Assembly: GCA_937863465.1 (NCBI GenBank)
Contig: CALMFG010000102.1
Span: 1 to 46,073, forward strand
DNA length: 46,073 bases
Direction: 5' to 3'
From: an uncultured Clostridia bacterium
GTDB taxonomy: Bacteria > Bacillota > Clostridia > Christensenellales > CALMFG01
A program made the translations under genes and the position numbers. The stretch's first letter is position 1; each line of letters opens with the position of its first letter. The notes beneath the pieces were generated by a model. The model was not told the DNA's origin and did not search any database. It saw nothing but the letters and a program-made list of their open reading frames with translations. This document shows positions 42,917 to 46,073 of the stretch, one piece after another.

Positions 42917-45900
42917 ATGGATTTTACCGAAAAGCAAAACAAAGCGATTAAAAACCGCGGCAATATTCTGGTCTCGGCCGCCGCGGGCAGCGGCAAAACG
43001 CGCGTGCTGACCGAACGCATCTGCCGGATGATTCCAAGCGGGGAGGCCGAAGTGGACGACCTGCTGGTCTTAACATTCACCAAATCCGCCGCCGCCGAAA
43101 TGAAAAAGCGCATCTACGATTCACTGATGGCAATATCCGATTCCGAGATGCTGGGCGTCATGGCCGAAAAGGTCTCCAGCGCCGACATCACCACCATCGA
43201 CAGCTTCTGCCAGCGCGTTGTGCGCGACAAATACCATGTGCTGGGGCTTTCGCCGTCGTTTAAAATCACCGATGAAAAGGTCAACACCCGGCTTTTGAAA
43301 AAAACGCTGGCCGAAATTTTGGAAGAACAGACAACTGCGGGAGACGAAAATCTGGCGCGGCTGTACTTAAAGTACGGCAAACGCAGCGGTCAGGCGCTCA
43401 GCGATATGATTATCGCTATCTATCGGTCGCTGATGGTGATGCCTGAACCCGAAGCGTTTGAAGCCGAAATTCAAAAGAATTATCTCAATCCTGACTATCT
43501 GGAACAAATCCTCTTTAACCTGCAAGCGGAATCGCTGGCCGCGCTGAACATGGCCAAAGAGATTCTGGTGCAACTGTTGGCCCTTGCAAAAAGTTCGGAC
43601 TTCCCTAAAGCGGAAGCTTTGCTTTCGGGATATCTTGCGTCGCTCGCGAAAATGATTCGGCTGTTTGAAAGCGGCGACGAAACCGCCCGAACCGTTAAGG
43701 TTTTTGAAGCCACATTTCGAATCGACGCGATGCCGGAAGATATTAAACATGTCTTCACCGCCGGAAAAGCCAACGCGGCTGAAAAAATTGCTGACGTATT
43801 AAAAGGCCCTACGCTGTCCGAATGGCGCACACTTCTATATGCCGAGCTGACGACCATGATCTCCGATTCGCGAACGCTTCTGGGTTTGGCGCTCACGCTT
43901 CGTATGCGTTTTTCGGAAGCCAAACTGCAAAAAAACGTACTGGATTTTAACGATCTGGAGCACTACGCGTATGAGATTTTAAAGGACCCCGAGCACGCCA
44001 AAGATTTTAGCTATCAATATATCTTTCTTGATGAGTATCAGGACACCAACCCCCTGCAGGAAGCGATTATCGAAAAAATCAAGGGCGCGCACAACCTGTT
44101 TATGGTGGGGGACGTCAAGCAGAGCATCTACGCTTTTCGACATGCCGATTCGGATATCTTTCTGGATAAGCAGAACCGCTTTGCGGAATTTGACGATAAA
44201 CCATTCGATGACGACGAACTCATCCGTATGAACGAAAACTTCCGTTCGTCCACGGCCGTCATCGGCGCGGTCAACCATGTCATGGGCGAGCTTTTAACGC
44301 CCGAATTCGGCGGCATCGATTATCAAAACAAGGAAGCCCTCGTGCATAGCGCGGCCCTTTCGGATGGTTCGGCCGAGCTTCTGCTCATCGATTCCAAAGC
44401 GGACTTCTACCCGCCCGAATTTAACGGCGACGCGCTGACCGCCACCGAGGCCGAAGCCTTCGCCATCGCCAACCAGATCATCGAAATCAAAGGCCAGCCT
44501 TTTTTCAGCCGCGAAGCCGGAAAAGAAAAATCCCTGGATTTTTCCGACATGGTGGTGCTTTTACGCGAGCTAAAAAACTCCGGGCCGGTCTACAAGCGCG
44601 TGTTCGAATCCTGCGGCATTCCGGTAGACATCAGTTTTTCCTCGGGCAGCGTCGCTGTGCCCGAAACCGAGCAGTTTTCCGCCATCCTCAAATGTGTGCT
44701 GAACCCCACCGACGATGTGGCGTGCGTTTCGGCGATGAGATATGGCTATTTCGATATCTCTTCCAGCGATATCGCGCACATCCGAATCGCCGCGGCCGAC
44801 AAAAGCACAGCCTTTTATGCCAGCGCGATGGAATACGCAAAGAACGCCGACGATAATCTGGCCAGGAAAATCAATCGGTTTTTCTTAACGCTGGACCATT
44901 TAAAGGAACGCGCCATGACCCTGTCGGGCGAAGCTTTTCTGTCATACGTCTACCATCATCTGCAGTTTGAGGAGATTCTGGCGGCTTCGCCGCGCAAAAG
45001 CCTGAAGGCCGAAGCCTTAAAGGCCTACATCCGCGCGCTTTTGGCCGAAGCGCCCGGCTCGGCGCATCTGGCGCGTATGGTGCTGATGCTGGACGAGATG
45101 AAACAGAACGGTGACACGCTGGACGCCAACTCCACACACACAAACCCAAACTCGGTGCGCGTCATGACCGTCCACAAATCCAAAGGTCTTGAATTCCCCG
45201 TCGTATTCGTCGCGGGGCTGGATAAGCGCTTTAATTCTGATAACAAAACCGACTTTGTTCTGGATAAATCGCTGGGCCTCGGATTTAAAATTCTGGAGCC
45301 ACAGAAAAACTTCAAGCGTGACGGCGTGGTCTACCAAAGCCTGATAAAAAAACAGCGTCTTGATTCGCTGTTTGAGGAAATCCGCGTGCTGTACGTGGCC
45401 ATGACGCGCGCCGAAAATCGGCTGTTTTTGGTGGGCGGCGTCGCGGGTCTAAAAAACAGCCTGGACAGCTGGCTGACCAGCGGGAAATCCGCTATGCGTT
45501 TTGCAGGCAGCTATATCGATCTCATCGCACCCGCTGTTTTGGACAAAGCGGGCTTTGCCGAAGGATTTGCCATCGGGCGATATCTGCCGCCGAATTTAAG
45601 CGCGTCGCCGGAAATCCCCATCCGCATTCTGCCCAAGCGCGGATATGCCTACACCGGCGGCGCCGACCGCGCCGCGATTCTGTCCGACTTTCTGGCGCAG
45701 GTGCCGAAACCCGTTCCGGTCGGGTATGTCTATCCTTATGCCGAAACCTTAAATATCCCGTCCAAACGCTCGGTCTCCAGCTTAAAGCCCAGGGACACAA
45801 AGGTTCTTCCCAGAAAGCAGGTCGCTTTCACCGCCTTGGATGCGTCCAACCTCACCCCCGCCGAGCGGGGCACGGCTTTTCATGTGTATATGCAGCATGC

Positions 45901-46073
45901 TGACTTTAACCACACCACAGCGGCCGAAGTGAAGCGGGATATCGACGCGCTGGTCTCCGAGCAGGTGCTGTCGCCGGATGAAGCGACCGCGCTTTCGGTC
46001 GAGCAAATCCTTTCGGTGCTGAACTCGGAGATTATCGTACGCGCCAAACGATCTCCGCTGGTGTACCGCGAAA
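42917..46073 (+). CDS. addA: helicase-nuclease AddAB, subunit A (3' end outside the window)
   Basis: Not in the ORF track because no stop is reached. ATG 42917 lies 3 nt after the addB TGA. MDFTEKQNKAIKNRGNILVSAAAGSGKT (Walker A), IFLDEYQDTNPLQ, FMVGDVKQSIYAFRHAD, ENFRS and VMTVHKSKGLEFPVVF are UvrD/AddA motifs. The frame stays open to position 46073 (1052 codons). Confidence 0.93.
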   Translation, partial: MDFTEKQNKAIKNRGNILVSAAAGSGKTRVLTERICRMIPSGEAEVDDLLVLTFTKSAAAEMKKRIYDSLMAISDSEMLGVMAEKVSSADITTIDSFCQRVVRDKYHVLGLSPSFKITDEKVNTRLLKKTLAEILEEQTTAGDENLARLYLKYGKRSGQALSDMIIAIYRSLMVMPEPEAFEAEIQKNYLNPDYLEQILFNLQAESLAALNMAKEILVQLLALAKSSDFPKAEALLSGYLASLAKMIRLFESGDETARTVKVFEATFRIDAMPEDIKHVFTAGKANAAEKIADVLKGPTLSEWRTLLYAELTTMISDSRTLLGLALTLRMRFSEAKLQKNVLDFNDLEHYAYEILKDPEHAKDFSYQYIFLDEYQDTNPLQEAIIEKIKGAHNLFMVGDVKQSIYAFRHADSDIFLDKQNRFAEFDDKPFDDDELIRMNENFRSSTAVIGAVNHVMGELLTPEFGGIDYQNKEALVHSAALSDGSAELLLIDSKADFYPPEFNGDALTATEAEAFAIANQIIEIKGQPFFSREAGKEKSLDFSDMVVLLRELKNSGPVYKRVFESCGIPVDISFSSGSVAVPETEQFSAILKCVLNPTDDVACVSAMRYGYFDISSSDIAHIRIAAADKSTAFYASAMEYAKNADDNLARKINRFFLTLDHLKERAMTLSGEAFLSYVYHHLQFEEILAASPRKSLKAEALKAYIRALLAEAPGSAHLARMVLMLDEMKQNGDTLDANSTHTNPNSVRVMTVHKSKGLEFPVVFVAGLDKRFNSDNKTDFVLDKSLGLGFKILEPQKNFKRDGVVYQSLIKKQRLDSLFEEIRVLYVAMTRAENRLFLVGGVAGLKNSLDSWLTSGKSAMRFAGSYIDLIAPAVLDKAGFAEGFAIGRYLPPNLSASPEIPIRILPKRGYAYTGGADRAAILSDFLAQVPKPVPVGYVYPYAETLNIPSKRSVSSLKPRDTKVLPRKQVAFTALDASNLTPAERGTAFHVYMQHADFNHTTAAEVKRDIDALVSEQVLSPDEATALSVEQILSVLNSEIIVRAKRSPLVYRE

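Overview
About 46 kb of chromosome from a moderately GC-rich anaerobic Firmicute. The gene content looks Clostridia-like: a spoVB-like/mazG/hup block, nrdDG with an NrdR box, addAB, and dnaE next to pfkA. The window is almost entirely coding, with 28 CDS called. I saw no rRNA, tRNA, CRISPR array, transposase or integrase. Left to right: a membrane protein, HU, a YabN-type MazG and a SpoVB/MurJ-type flippase; a 1389-aa secreted BspA-type LRR protein with seven Y_Y_Y-like modules; a purine/pyrimidine-type catabolic cluster (hydantoinase, YegP-like, three-subunit Mo hydroxylase, Lrp-type regulator plus aminotransferase, fused FeS-Mo hydroxylase); an AT-richer accessory stretch (about 19.1-28.2 kb) holding a Zn-ribbon surface protein, a PAS-GGDEF-EAL protein, arsR-arsP and two tandem paralogous surface proteins; then pfkA, an orphan TRAP (mtrB) gene, dnaE, aconitase, ychF, nrdDG and addBA (addA truncated at the right edge). 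Items most worth follow-up: (1) the tandem uncharacterised surface-protein pair, which shares a 100% conserved C-terminal motif/TM/basic-tail module, including a 92-bp nucleotide-identical tract next to codons that differ only synonymously; (2) a well-conserved TRAP gene inserted between dnaE and pfkA with no trp genes or (G/U)AG repeat target in view; (3) the LRR plus Y_Y_Y mosaic protein; (4) two different molybdenum hydroxylase architectures with a hyuA-like hydantoinase. I found no clear complete novel system such as a defence island or retroelement. All calls come from reading the ORF translations and sequence by eye; no database search was run.
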